From IMG/VR virus record IMGVR_UViG_3300020046_001970: a stretch of 64,000 nt of DNA; one strand, 5' to 3'. The first letter of the stretch is position 1; every line of letters starts with the position of its first letter. Below the pieces are notes generated by a model that saw only the letters and a program-made list of their open reading frames with translations, searched no databases and was not told the DNA's origin. Both the position numbers and the translations under genes were made by a program. Shown in pieces: positions 7,652 to 18,285 of this stretch. The stretch comes from an uncultured virus (IMG/VR IMGVR_UViG_3300020046_001970) (lineage: Duplodnaviria; Heunggongvirae; Uroviricota; Caudoviricetes).

Positions 7652-7885
7652 ATGGACATCACTAAGGTAACTTGCAGTGAAGCAGCAGAACTCACCTGGA
7701 CGACAAAGGAGCGGGTTGAGACGCTTCGTCGCTACATCGCGGAACGTCGCCGTCTGGCTTCAGCTGCGCGAGCACGGGCCATCGGTAACTCCATCGAGCG
7801 GGCGGAACATGCGCTAAGGGAAGCTGAGATGTGTGATAACCTCGCGGAGGGTATGGAACGTGCCCTCTCAATCCTTTTCCCATAG
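7652..7885 (+). CDS. hypothetical protein
   Basis: ORF with purine-rich leader, helical. Confidence 0.6.
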   Translation: MDITKVTCSEAAELTWTTKERVETLRRYIAERRRLASAARARAIGNSIERAEHALREAEMCDNLAEGMERALSILFP

Positions 7886-7909
7886 TCAGTGTTACGTAGG
7901 GGGTAGACC

Positions 7910-8140
7910 ATGAGCATCCGAGTTGAAGTGGGTGGTTGCGTAGTTCGGTTGTTTACAACTGTACAAGAAGCTACGAAGGAGGCGACTGTACGTGAAAGTG
8001 CTCGTAACGAGCCTCACGTAGTTGTGGCGGTAAGGCTGGGGTTCTTGGTGAGGAACCAAGTAACTGGAACTTACGTTGACGTGGACGGCACCTTCTCTAA
8101 GGCAGCTCTTGAGCTTCTTCTTTCAGAGGATTGTGGTTAA
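7910..8140 (+). CDS. hypothetical protein
   Basis: AGGGGG RBS. Confidence 0.6.
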   Translation: MSIRVEVGGCVVRLFTTVQEATKEATVRESARNEPHVVVAVRLGFLVRNQVTGTYVDVDGTFSKAALELLLSEDCG

Positions 8141-8209
8141 AGAGTAGGAGGTCTGAGACGTAGTAGAGGTGAGAGAGGCTTAGGGTATTGAAGAGTGAGA
8201 CTTACCTAC

Positions 8210-8238
8210 TTGCGTAGACTTGTAAGTTGTGTTATGCT
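8210..8238 (+). promoter_or_regulatory. sigma70-type promoter for tRNA-Val
   Basis: TTGCGT-17 bp-TATGCT. Confidence 0.5.
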
Positions 8239-8266
8239 CCTGTAGATCGTTATGCTCCTGTAGATC
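8231..8266 (+). repeat. 18-bp tandem duplication GTTATGCTCCTGTAGATC
   Basis: two exact adjacent copies; the second contains the tRNA-Val 5' end. Confidence 0.95.
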
Positions 8267-8325
8267 AATGGTAGATTGCCGCTTTTACAAGGCGGATGTT
8301 GGGGGTTCGATTCCCTCCGGGAGTA
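8254..8325 (+). tRNA. tRNA-Val(TAC)
   Basis: GCTCCTG/CGGGAGT, CCGCT-TTTACAA-GGCGG. Confidence 0.92.
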
Positions 8326-8331
8326 CTGAAG

Positions 8332-8769
8332 TTGGAAAAAATCTGCCCTAAGTGTAAGCTTTCCAAGGCGTTAGCTGAGTTCCACTGGAGGAATAAAGCT
8401 AAGGGTACTCGACAAGTGTGGTGTAAGCCTTGTGCAATTGGGGCTCGTGTTAACCACTACAAGAAAAATAAGCCTCGTTACCACACCTACAACATCGAAC
8501 GTCGTCGAGACCTTCTTACTAAGGTGTACTCCTACTTGGAGGGGAAAAGCTGTCAGGATTGCCCAGAATCTAACCCTATTGTGCTGGAATTCGATCATGT
8601 TCGAGGGGTGAAGCTTGCTGGGGTAACTGTACTGGCTAACCGAAATTCCAGTTGGGAAAAGATCCAGAAGGAGATACAGAAGTGCGAGGTAGTTTGCGCT
8701 AACTGTCATCGTAAACGTACTGCGGAGCGTGCTGGGTGGACTAGGTCTGTCCCAAAGATTGAAGTGTAA
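8332..8769 (+). CDS. HNH endonuclease-like protein
   Basis: KICPKC..WCKPC, CQDC..LEFDHVRG..KCEVVCANCHRKRT; start moved to TTG 8332 to avoid the tRNA. Confidence 0.85.
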   Translation: MEKICPKCKLSKALAEFHWRNKAKGTRQVWCKPCAIGARVNHYKKNKPRYHTYNIERRRDLLTKVYSYLEGKSCQDCPESNPIVLEFDHVRGVKLAGVTVLANRNSSWEKIQKEIQKCEVVCANCHRKRTAERAGWTRSVPKIEV

Positions 8770-8777
8770 GTGTGTTT

Positions 8778-8860
8778 GGCCTAGTGAGGGTAATGACGAA
8801 TGGCATAGTCTGCGGCCTTAAACCCCGTCCCTTTTGAGGGTTCAATTCCCTCCTGGGCTA
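8778..8860 (+). tRNA. atypical tRNA-Leu(TAA)-like gene
   Basis: GGCCTAG/CTGGGCT, GAGGG-TTCAATT-CCCTC, CTTAAAC loop; extra nt before the D arm and no V stem. Confidence 0.55.
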
Positions 8861-8889
8861 CTACCTCATTCTGAGCTACTGAGGATTAA

Positions 8890-9084
8890 ATGAGTGCGCG
8901 TAAAATCAAGGTTGAGACTTCACGTCAAGTTCAAACTCCCCCCTCGCATCGACAACATCTGTGTGATATGTGCGATGAAGCAGATAATGACTACTGCTTT
9001 AAGTGTGGTACACCTCACGGTACCATGCGAGAGTTAGTTGAGGGTGAGTGGTCGGACCAACTCGACAGGATGTACATGGGGTGA
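8890..9084 (+). CDS. small Zn-finger protein
   Basis: GAGGA RBS, CDMC..CFKC. Confidence 0.6.
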   Translation: MSARKIKVETSRQVQTPPSHRQHLCDMCDEADNDYCFKCGTPHGTMRELVEGEWSDQLDRMYMG

Positions 9085-9261
9085 GACGTGGAAGTCTGGA
9101 AGAAGCTTGCAAATAGGAAGCGTAACGAAGGTGCTCGCGAGTTGCGCCTCTCCTCTAGGATTGGGTACAACGCGCTACGCGGGCGTAAGCGAAAGTTCAA
9201 TCGGGCGGCTTTACGGAAAGACGCTAAGTTGGACCTCCAGTTGGGTTTGAGCTAGAGACTT

Positions 9262-9352
9262 GGGACTGTAGCCTAACGGTTAAGGCACCCGGTTTATAAC
9301 CGGTTTAGCGTCTGATAAGCGCGAGATGGGGGTTCAAATCCCTCCAGTCCTA
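9262..9352 (+). tRNA. tRNA-Ile(TAT) with long variable arm
   Basis: GGGACTG/CAGTCCT, CCGG-TTTATAA-CCGG, extended V region, TTCAAAT loop. Confidence 0.85.
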
Positions 9353-9436
9353 CTAAGGTGCAGGAATCCCCAAAGGGTTCCTCAGAAAGGTAAGCCGTAA
9401 ACTTACCAGGTTGGAAGTAACCAAGCACCTCGATCC

Positions 9437-9465
9437 TTGACATAGTGTGACTTAGACTGTACTTA
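9437..9465 (+). promoter_or_regulatory. sigma70-type promoter upstream of tmRNA
   Basis: TTGACA-17 bp-TACTTA. Confidence 0.5.
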
Positions 9466-9484
9466 ACTTGTGTTTTTGAGAAAC

Positions 9485-9818
9485 GGGGCTGAAATAGATT
9501 CGACATTGGAGAGAAGTAGTGCCTGCATGTAGGCGGTCCTTGACCCGCCTTGACCAATCAAGGAACGTTAATTGCGAACGATAACGCATACGCTACTCCC
9601 GCTCTCGCAGCGGCTTGAGTAGCTGTCCCCCAGGAAGATCGTCCTGGTACCTGAACGGGGGCATCAATCACTAGGGCTGGTCGAAGAGCTGGGCTAACCG
9701 AGCACGAGACGAGATAAACAGGGTAGATAGGTCCTAGCCGAATCGAGGAACTCAGTTGACGGGGATACGTCAACCAATCATGTGGAAGAAGGCACTTACG
9801 TATTTCTGATGGACCCGA
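9485..9818 (+). ncRNA. ssrA: tmRNA (3' end lost in gap); tag frame ANDNAYATPALAAA*
   Basis: 5' GGGGCTGAAATAGATTCGAC; resume codon GCG at 9574, stop 9616-9618; GGACCCGA begins the 3' tRNA-like domain. Confidence 0.95.
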
Positions 9819-10286
9819 NNNNNNNNNNNNNNNNNNNNNNNNNNNNNNNNNNNNNNNNNNNNNNNNNNNNNNNNNNNNNNNNNNNNNNNNNNNNNNNNNN
9901 NNNNNNNNNNNNNNNNNNNNNNNNNNNNNNNNNNNNNNNNNNNNNNNNNNNNNNNNNNNNNNNNNNNNNNNNNNNNNNNNNNNNNNNNNNNNNNNNNNNN
10001 NNNNNNNNNNNNNNNNNNNNNNNNNNNNNNNNNNNNNNNNNNNNNNNNNNNNNNNNNNNNNNNNNNNNNNNNNNNNNNNNNNNNNNNNNNNNNNNNNNNN
10101 NNNNNNNNNNNNNNNNNNNNNNNNNNNNNNNNNNNNNNNNNNNNNNNNNNNNNNNNNNNNNNNNNNNNNNNNNNNNNNNNNNNNNNNNNNNNNNNNNNNN
10201 NNNNNNNNNNNNNNNNNNNNNNNNNNNNNNNNNNNNNNNNNNNNNNNNNNNNNNNNNNNNNNNNNNNNNNNNNNNNNNNNNNNNNN
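9819..10286. other. assembly gap (468 N)
   Basis: run of N. Confidence 1.
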
Positions 10287-10287
10287 T

Positions 10288-10452
10288 ATAGACAGCGCTA
10301 GTCTAGACCGTATCGACAACACCAAAGGTTACTTGCAAGGCAACGTAAGATTTGTGGCAGTGATCGCGAACTATGCTCGTAACGTCTTCACTGACGCCGA
10401 CGTGGTTAAGTTCGCTTCCGCAGTCGTTCAGAGGCAGACTCTAGCAGGTTGA
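10288..10452 (+). CDS. C-terminal part of an HNH-like endonuclease (start inside gap)
   Basis: manual translation IDSASLDRIDNTKGYLQGNVRFVAVIANYARN...*. Confidence 0.75.
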   Translation: MDSASLDRIDNTKGYLQGNVRFVAVIANYARNVFTDADVVKFASAVVQRQTLAG

Positions 10453-10567
10453 ATTTGTAGCAGGCGGTTAAATTGGTTCGATACTTTTACGTAGAAGAGA
10501 GGGACTAGAAGTTCTAGCCCCTCGAAAGAGGGTACGGACATGAGGAAGAGGCAAAGGTAGGTGTAAC

Positions 10568-11134
10568 ATGAGCGGAATCAGAACGTTACTTCTGAATACG
10601 TGGGGTCTCCCCCACGCCATCCTTAGTTGGGAGGAGGCGATTTGTCTCCTCTACCAAGAGAAGGCAATAGTCTTGGAGGATTACGAGGAGACGGTAAGTT
10701 CACCGTCAACAGCGTACTTCATCCCAGCTGTTATGCAGCTCAAGGTACCAGTAAAGGGGTACAAGAAGGGCGTTAAGTTCTCGCGCATCAACGTGTTCAC
10801 ACGAGACTCGTTCTCCTGTCAGTACTGCGGGGAGCGGAAGTCGATGAAGGACCTGAACTATGACCATGTGCTTCCTCGGAAGCAGGGTGGTCGTACGAAC
10901 TGGGAGAACATCGTCACTTCTTGCTACAAGTGCAACGAGAAGAAGGGTGGTCGTACTCCTGAGGAGGCTAGAATGAAGCTCCTCAAGCGGCCAGCAAAGC
11001 CCCACTCTCTGCCACTCCATGCCGTGTTCATCCACTCTATGGACGTTCCTGCTCCTTGGGTGCCGTACCTAGACTTCTCCAAGGCCTACAAGCATGGAGA
11101 TGGGTTCTACATGCTGGGTGGGGTAGCTGCGTAG
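10568..11134 (+). CDS. HNH endonuclease (McrA-like)
   Basis: FSRINVFTRDSFSCQYCG..DHVLPRKQGGRTNWENIVTSCYKCNEKKG. Confidence 0.93.
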   Translation: MSGIRTLLLNTWGLPHAILSWEEAICLLYQEKAIVLEDYEETVSSPSTAYFIPAVMQLKVPVKGYKKGVKFSRINVFTRDSFSCQYCGERKSMKDLNYDHVLPRKQGGRTNWENIVTSCYKCNEKKGGRTPEEARMKLLKRPAKPHSLPLHAVFIHSMDVPAPWVPYLDFSKAYKHGDGFYMLGGVAA

Positions 11135-11147
11135 CTAGTCTGAGACC

Positions 11148-11191
11148 GAAAAGGGCGAAGTGGGGAAACCTGCTTCGCCCTTTCTCGTTTT
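11148..11191 (+). terminator. intrinsic terminator
   Basis: AAAGGGCGAAG/CTTCGCCCTTT hairpin with T-rich tail. Confidence 0.7.
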
Positions 11192-11216
11192 GTGGTGTAT
11201 AAAGTTACGGTACTCG

Positions 11217-11654
11217 ATGCACCCTTTTGACCACTCCTCTAACCATACTCTTCGACCTTCTAGCGCCAGAGTAAGTATCACCCCTCCTGTAGGGGGGTGT
11301 GTATTGGCTCTTCAAGCTGAGATTAAGTCTGCTCTCGATCGCGCTTACGACCTAACTAAGGCTGGTAAGCCAATCCTAGCTACCGACCTTACCCTAGGTG
11401 TTGTAGACCGATGGATTTGGAATCGTAAGTTCGATCAAGTGTCGCTCTTTCTTCAAGAGGCCGATCCGTTTCGACTTCCTCCTGCGAGTATCACTGGGCT
11501 CCTGTGTTTAACCTTACCTAAGAATCTTGGAGCCGATGCTGAGGTGCTGGGAAAAGCTAGGGTTGACTTCTTTGACCGCTCCATGTTAGCCTTGACGGAA
11601 GTCTCACACTGGTCTGAGGAGTCCATCCAGCTCGTTACGTTGAGGTTGAGGTAG
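11217..11654 (+). CDS. hypothetical protein
   Basis: first ATG after the terminator. Confidence 0.6.
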   Translation: MHPFDHSSNHTLRPSSARVSITPPVGGCVLALQAEIKSALDRAYDLTKAGKPILATDLTLGVVDRWIWNRKFDQVSLFLQEADPFRLPPASITGLLCLTLPKNLGADAEVLGKARVDFFDRSMLALTEVSHWSEESIQLVTLRLR

Positions 11655-11658
11655 GTAC

Positions 11659-11841
11659 ATGACAACTCGCTATGACGTCTCCAACCGTGCTCTTGAGAAG
11701 CAGCGTTCTCGCGAAGAGGATGAGCGCGCTCTAGCGTCCGGAGAGATTGACCGCGATACGCTCAGGGCCCGGAACGGAGCGTTTGCGTTCCCTCGCCATC
11801 GAGCTAGGCCTAGGTTTGACTTGATCAAGCGCTTCGGTTGA
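11659..11841 (+). CDS. hypothetical protein
   Basis: GAGG RBS, tight packing. Confidence 0.55.
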   Translation: MTTRYDVSNRALEKQRSREEDERALASGEIDRDTLRARNGAFAFPRHRARPRFDLIKRFG

Positions 11842-11848
11842 GGCGTGT

Positions 11849-12409
11849 ATGGAGATGACTGTGGAAGAAATCTACGTAAGTACGGATATTGAGACGGACG
11901 GCCCAATTCCTGGACCGAACTCGATGTTGTCGTTTGGCTCAGCTGCTTTCACGTTGAGTGGTGGTTTGGGGTCTACGTTTGAGGCTAACCTTGAAACCCT
12001 ACCTGGGGCGACAATGGACCCGATAACAAAGTCTGAGTTCTGGGACAAGAACCCAGAGGCTTGGGCTGCTTGTCGGAAGGACCCTAAGCCTATCGCTGAG
12101 ACGATGAGGCAGTATGTCCTGTGGGTTAAGTCCCTACCTGGAAAGCCTGTGTTTGTAGGATACCCAGCAACTTTTGACCACGCCTTCATGCATTGGTACC
12201 TCGTGTACTTCACTGGAGGTGACCCCTTTAGCTTCTCAGCCCTAGATATGAAGTCCTACGCGATGGCGAAGTTGGGGACTTCATTCAAAGGAACTACAAA
12301 GCGAAGTATGCCAAGAAGTTGGTTCAACTCGAAGGCTAGGCATACGCATGTAGCGTTAGAGGACGCTATCGAGCAAGGGCATCTCTTCCTAGAGATGCTT
12401 AACTACTAA
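11849..12409 (+). CDS. DEDDh 3'-5' exonuclease
   Basis: [26 protein letters not shown]. Confidence 0.9.
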   Translation: MEMTVEEIYVSTDIETDGPIPGPNSMLSFGSAAFTLSGGLGSTFEANLETLPGATMDPITKSEFWDKNPEAWAACRKDPKPIAETMRQYVLWVKSLPGKPVFVGYPATFDHAFMHWYLVYFTGGDPFSFSALDMKSYAMAKLGTSFKGTTKRSMPRSWFNSKARHTHVALEDAIEQGHLFLEMLNY

Positions 12410-12430
12410 GCCATTTGTAGCAGGAGAGGC

Positions 12431-14450
<2,020 letters not shown>

Positions 14451-14451
<1 letters not shown>

Positions 14452-15343
14452 TGGAGGATCCTGAATTAGGTTCAACTAACTACGGGCGTGCAACACTGGT
14501 GAACGGGGATTGTCTTAGGTGGATGCGTGATCGTGCTCCTAATTCGATTCATGCGGTGGTTACTGATCCGCCATACGGCCTGCGCGAGTTCAGTGAGATC
14601 GAGAAGGTTAAGCTCCGCACGGGTCGCGGTGGAGTCTGGCGCATTCCACCTGAGTTCGATGGTTGCAAGCGCATGCCTTTACCAAGATTTACCACCCTCA
14701 CGGCGAAGGAGCAGCTCGTGATGAGGGACTTTTTTGCAGAGTGGGCTAGGCATGTTCTGCGTATTTTGGTTCCTGGTGGGCATGTAATCATTGCTGGTAA
14801 TCCGCTCGTATCCCATCTCGTCTACATTCCCATGTTGGAGGCTGGATTCGAGAAGCGTGGGGAGATTATTCGACTTGTTCAGACATTGAGAGGTGAGGTG
14901 GGGACCGTCCCAAGAACGCACATGAAGAGTTCTCAAATGTGACGGTCATGCCACGATCAGCTTGGGAGCCTTGGGGACTCTTCAGAAAGCCCTGCGAGGG
15001 ACTTGTCCAAGATAATCTTAGGAAGTGGAAGACCGGGGGTCTCCGTCGTGAGTCGAAGGAGCGCCCCTTCACTGATGTGATTCAATGCTCTCCGACAAGA
15101 CCAGCGGAGCGTAAGATCTCCAACCATCCGTCACTCAAGCCGCAGAGTTATATGAGACAGGTTGTGAGGGCATCCCTTCCACTTGGTGAGGGTGTAGTGC
15201 TCGATCCATTCATGGGAGGTGGTTCCACCATCGCTGCCGCAGAGTTCAATGGTTACCAGAGTGTTGGTATCGAACTTGATTCAATCTACTTTGACCTTGC
15301 GACAAGAGCGATACCTCGTCTTGCACAATACACTAGGCCGTAA
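14451..15343 (+). pseudogene. N6/N4 DNA methyltransferase (beta class) frameshifted by a 5-bp duplication
   Basis: DPPY in the first ORF, HPSLKP and DPFMGGGST in the second; removing one GAGGT (14890-14899) fuses the frames. Confidence 0.9.
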
Positions 15344-15351
15344 GGATCAAA

Positions 15352-15660
15352 GTGCAACCTAAGATCAAAGTTACCAAGGACTCTCAGGGCAAACGAGACC
15401 TCATGTTTTGGTGCCCTGGGTGTAAAGGGAGAGTTCACTGTGTTGACGATAAGTGGTCGTTCAATGAGGACTTGGTACTGCCTACAATTCGTGCAAGTAT
15501 CCTAGTGACCTATGATGGGTCGGATGCGGGCGTGGACGGATCACCTCCGGCAAGGTGTCACTCTTTTGTGACGGACGGGAAGATAGCTTTCTGTAGTGAC
15601 TCTACCCACGAACTTGCAGGTCAAACAGTGGACCTCCCTCCTTGGGAGAAGATTCCTTGA
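15352..15660 (+). CDS. DUF6527-like Cys/His metal-binding protein
   Basis: FWCPGC..H, RCHSFVTDGKIAFCSDSTHELAG. Confidence 0.75.
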   Translation: MQPKIKVTKDSQGKRDLMFWCPGCKGRVHCVDDKWSFNEDLVLPTIRASILVTYDGSDAGVDGSPPARCHSFVTDGKIAFCSDSTHELAGQTVDLPPWEKIP

Positions 15661-15692
15661 AGCTCAGGATGTAGTTATGCTCCCACGTAAGA

Positions 15693-16079
15693 GTGGACCA
15701 AAGACTACTCGGGAAGCCCAGGCCTCATGCGTTACGTAAGAACGATACTCCAGCCCTAGCGAGAGCTATCGTTGCAGTCCAACGAGGTAGGGCCATCGTT
15801 GGACGGTGTGCCGTACAGGGAACGGATTGCATCCTCTTTGAGGATAAGCGTACCCACATAAAGCTGCTAGTGCTTGCACAGGATTGGTTGAAGGTGGTAC
15901 CGTACTTGAGGGACGGCACCTTCGACCCACTAGTGATTCCGACTTACCATTGGGTCACGGTAAATCAAGACCACTTTGACTCTGCGGTTACGGATATTAG
16001 AGACCAAGAGCTGTACTCAAGAGTCCTTACGGTACTAGAGCGACTTTTCCCCGTTGAGTTCCCAACCACCAAGATTTAA
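15693..16079 (+). CDS. hypothetical protein
   Basis: ORF in operon. Confidence 0.6.
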   Translation: MDQRLLGKPRPHALRKNDTPALARAIVAVQRGRAIVGRCAVQGTDCILFEDKRTHIKLLVLAQDWLKVVPYLRDGTFDPLVIPTYHWVTVNQDHFDSAVTDIRDQELYSRVLTVLERLFPVEFPTTKI

Positions 16080-16093
16080 GGAGTGCAGGCAAG

Positions 16094-16315
16094 ATGAGTT
16101 TTGACCAAACAGGTACGAACCCAGGCGTAGAGTCTCCAATCCCTGAGCCGAAGACTCTGAGTCTGAAGTGTATGAATAATGGGTGCAAGTCCATTCAGGC
16201 AATTGAGATTGTAGCCGCAGGTACGGACTCAGCGGCTACGCACAGTAGACTCTACCAGTGCGTGAAGTGTAAACACTCATGGGCTGTCCCCGTGGGAGGT
16301 AGCTTCAACTTCTGA
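16094..16315 (+). CDS. Zn-ribbon protein
   Basis: CMNNGC..YQCVKCKHSW, AGGAG RBS. Confidence 0.7.
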   Translation: MSFDQTGTNPGVESPIPEPKTLSLKCMNNGCKSIQAIEIVAAGTDSAATHSRLYQCVKCKHSWAVPVGGSFNF

Positions 16316-16345
16316 TCGCTAGTTCACTTCTGAACTCCCCTTGGT

Positions 16346-17029
16346 ATGTACTTGCAAGATTTAAGGGCGTTCGAGGCAGACACGTCTAATGCGATTCCAG
16401 GGTTCAAGGTATGTTGGAAGAGCACCTCTAGGTTACAACGTGTACTGGGTTGGCTGGTCAAACCATTCAACCCAGACTACCTAACGAGGTACACCACAAC
16501 TTTGCATCCTAACGTGTGGTTCCCCTCAAGGGAATTTTACGATAGGGACCCGACCCAATCCTTTCTCGTGCTGGCGCATGAGCGGGTCCACTTGTCGGAT
16601 ACGCTGAAGCATTCCGTGTGGTTTAGGGTGTCCTACTTACTACCTCAAGTCTTGGCTATCCCTGCTCTGGTTCTGACTCTAGCTCTAATTCCGGTCGTTG
16701 GCTGGAAGGCATTGGGGTTGCTAGGGTTGGTTGCCCTGTGTTTGGCTCCCTGGGGATCTCCATGGCGAACACATTGGGAGCAACGAGGGTATGCCATGAC
16801 TCTCGCCTGTGCCTATTGGATTAAGGGTGAGTTCAGTCAGGCGACAAAGGATTCGGTCCGTAGGCAGTTTCTGGGTTGGAGTTACTACCGCATGGCCTGG
16901 AGATCTAGCTCTATCGATGCCTGGTTTGTGCAGGTTGAGAAGGATATCCGGAGTGGGGACATCCTAAAGGAAGACGTTTACAACCAAGTCCACGAGTTCC
17001 TTAAAAATAGGGGTATGGCCCGCAAGTGA
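16346..17029 (+). CDS. membrane-associated HExxH putative metallopeptidase
   Basis: LAHERVH, two hydrophobic segments, WEQRGY. Confidence 0.65.
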   Translation: MYLQDLRAFEADTSNAIPGFKVCWKSTSRLQRVLGWLVKPFNPDYLTRYTTTLHPNVWFPSREFYDRDPTQSFLVLAHERVHLSDTLKHSVWFRVSYLLPQVLAIPALVLTLALIPVVGWKALGLLGLVALCLAPWGSPWRTHWEQRGYAMTLACAYWIKGEFSQATKDSVRRQFLGWSYYRMAWRSSSIDAWFVQVEKDIRSGDILKEDVYNQVHEFLKNRGMARK

Positions 17030-17182
17030 TGACCATGCGGTGTATACGAGAGGGTTGTTCTGGCTACCTTTGCACAAGCGGGCAGGAAGTGTATCGAATG
17101 ATTTGCGATAAGTGCGGTCAAAACTACATCGTACGACTCACGTTAGACCCCGTAGAGCCTAAACTACAACCCTTGGTGCTCC

Positions 17183-18127
17183 TTGCTAAGTGACGTCCTG
17201 CATCAAGAATATGGCGTACAGAGTCTACAACGTGTAATCACCGGCCAATCCAAGTCCCCTCTACTATGCGTAGGGGCTGAGGGGGTAGGGAAGAGGTTTG
17301 CAGTGATCGAGGCCTTCAAGGAGGCGCTTCAACTCTCGGGGGGCACTGACTCGGACATCTTTCAGGTGGAGCATGGGGTCCATCCGGACCTGTTGATCGT
17401 TGCACCTGAGAGTAAGGGTAAGAGTCTTGGGGTAGATGAGGTACGAAGAGTCGTCACCCAAGCTCTGATGTACCCTACAAGGGCCCCCTATCGTTTTTTT
17501 GTGCTCGATGATGTCGACCAAATGACCGAAGCAGCCTCGAACGCGCTGCTGAAAACCTTGGAGGAGTTGACGGCCAAGTCTCGGTTCTTCCTGTTAACTA
17601 AGGACTACAATCGAATCCTCCCAACAGTTCGGTCAAGGTGCCATCGTATCGACTTTCAACGACTACCTGAAGCCTTTGTCGTGGATTACCTAGTTAAGGC
17701 TGGCACCCTCAACGCAAGTGATGCTCTAGTGTATGCTCGTATGAGCGATGGGTCTATTGGGAAGGCGATTCGATACCATGCCTCCAACCACCTTACCCAT
17801 AGGGATAGGGCTATTGAGGTTTGCCAATGGGTGGGTAAGGACCTCGTCAAGGCCTTCTCAATTGTAGACGAAGAGGAAGACCTTTCGACCTTTCTAGAGC
17901 TACTTTGCATTGTCGTACACGATTGCCTAGTGTATAAGGTAGCCTCGAAACGAGTCGTCAATCAGGATCGGTTGGCATCCATCTCAGAGTTACATGGGCA
18001 AGTAGGTTTTGAGGTGTGGGTTGCCCTTTGGTTAGGTCTCAAGAAGCTGACTGCCCAGTTGGTTCAAACTCCATTGAACGTGTCGTTTCAGCTCAAGACA
18101 GTGCTAGCTTCATCTAGGCTTCAATGA
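17183..18127 (+). CDS. holB: DNA polymerase III delta-prime-like clamp-loader subunit
   Basis: GAEGVGK, HPDL, MTEAASNALLKTLEE, ILPTVRSRC. Confidence 0.88.
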   Translation: MLSDVLHQEYGVQSLQRVITGQSKSPLLCVGAEGVGKRFAVIEAFKEALQLSGGTDSDIFQVEHGVHPDLLIVAPESKGKSLGVDEVRRVVTQALMYPTRAPYRFFVLDDVDQMTEAASNALLKTLEELTAKSRFFLLTKDYNRILPTVRSRCHRIDFQRLPEAFVVDYLVKAGTLNASDALVYARMSDGSIGKAIRYHASNHLTHRDRAIEVCQWVGKDLVKAFSIVDEEEDLSTFLELLCIVVHDCLVYKVASKRVVNQDRLASISELHGQVGFEVWVALWLGLKKLTAQLVQTPLNVSFQLKTVLASSRLQ

Positions 18128-18285
18128 AGGCCTACGGTTTTTGCCATCGCTTGTACCGTCAAATCGAAGATCGTAAGCGAGGTAAGACTCTTCGTAGGCC
18201 TAACGCTCTATCTATCGCACCCTTCGTAAGAGGGAGCGGCGTGCTTCAAACTTAGAGACAAAGACCCTCACCGAAGACGCAAAGT

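Noticed and set aside
8778..8860. Ochre (TTA) suppressor reading of the odd tRNA
   Set aside because: The stem register places TAA, not TTA, at positions 34-36.
9558..10325. Track ORFs spanning the N run
   Set aside because: These are gap artefacts that overlap the tmRNA.
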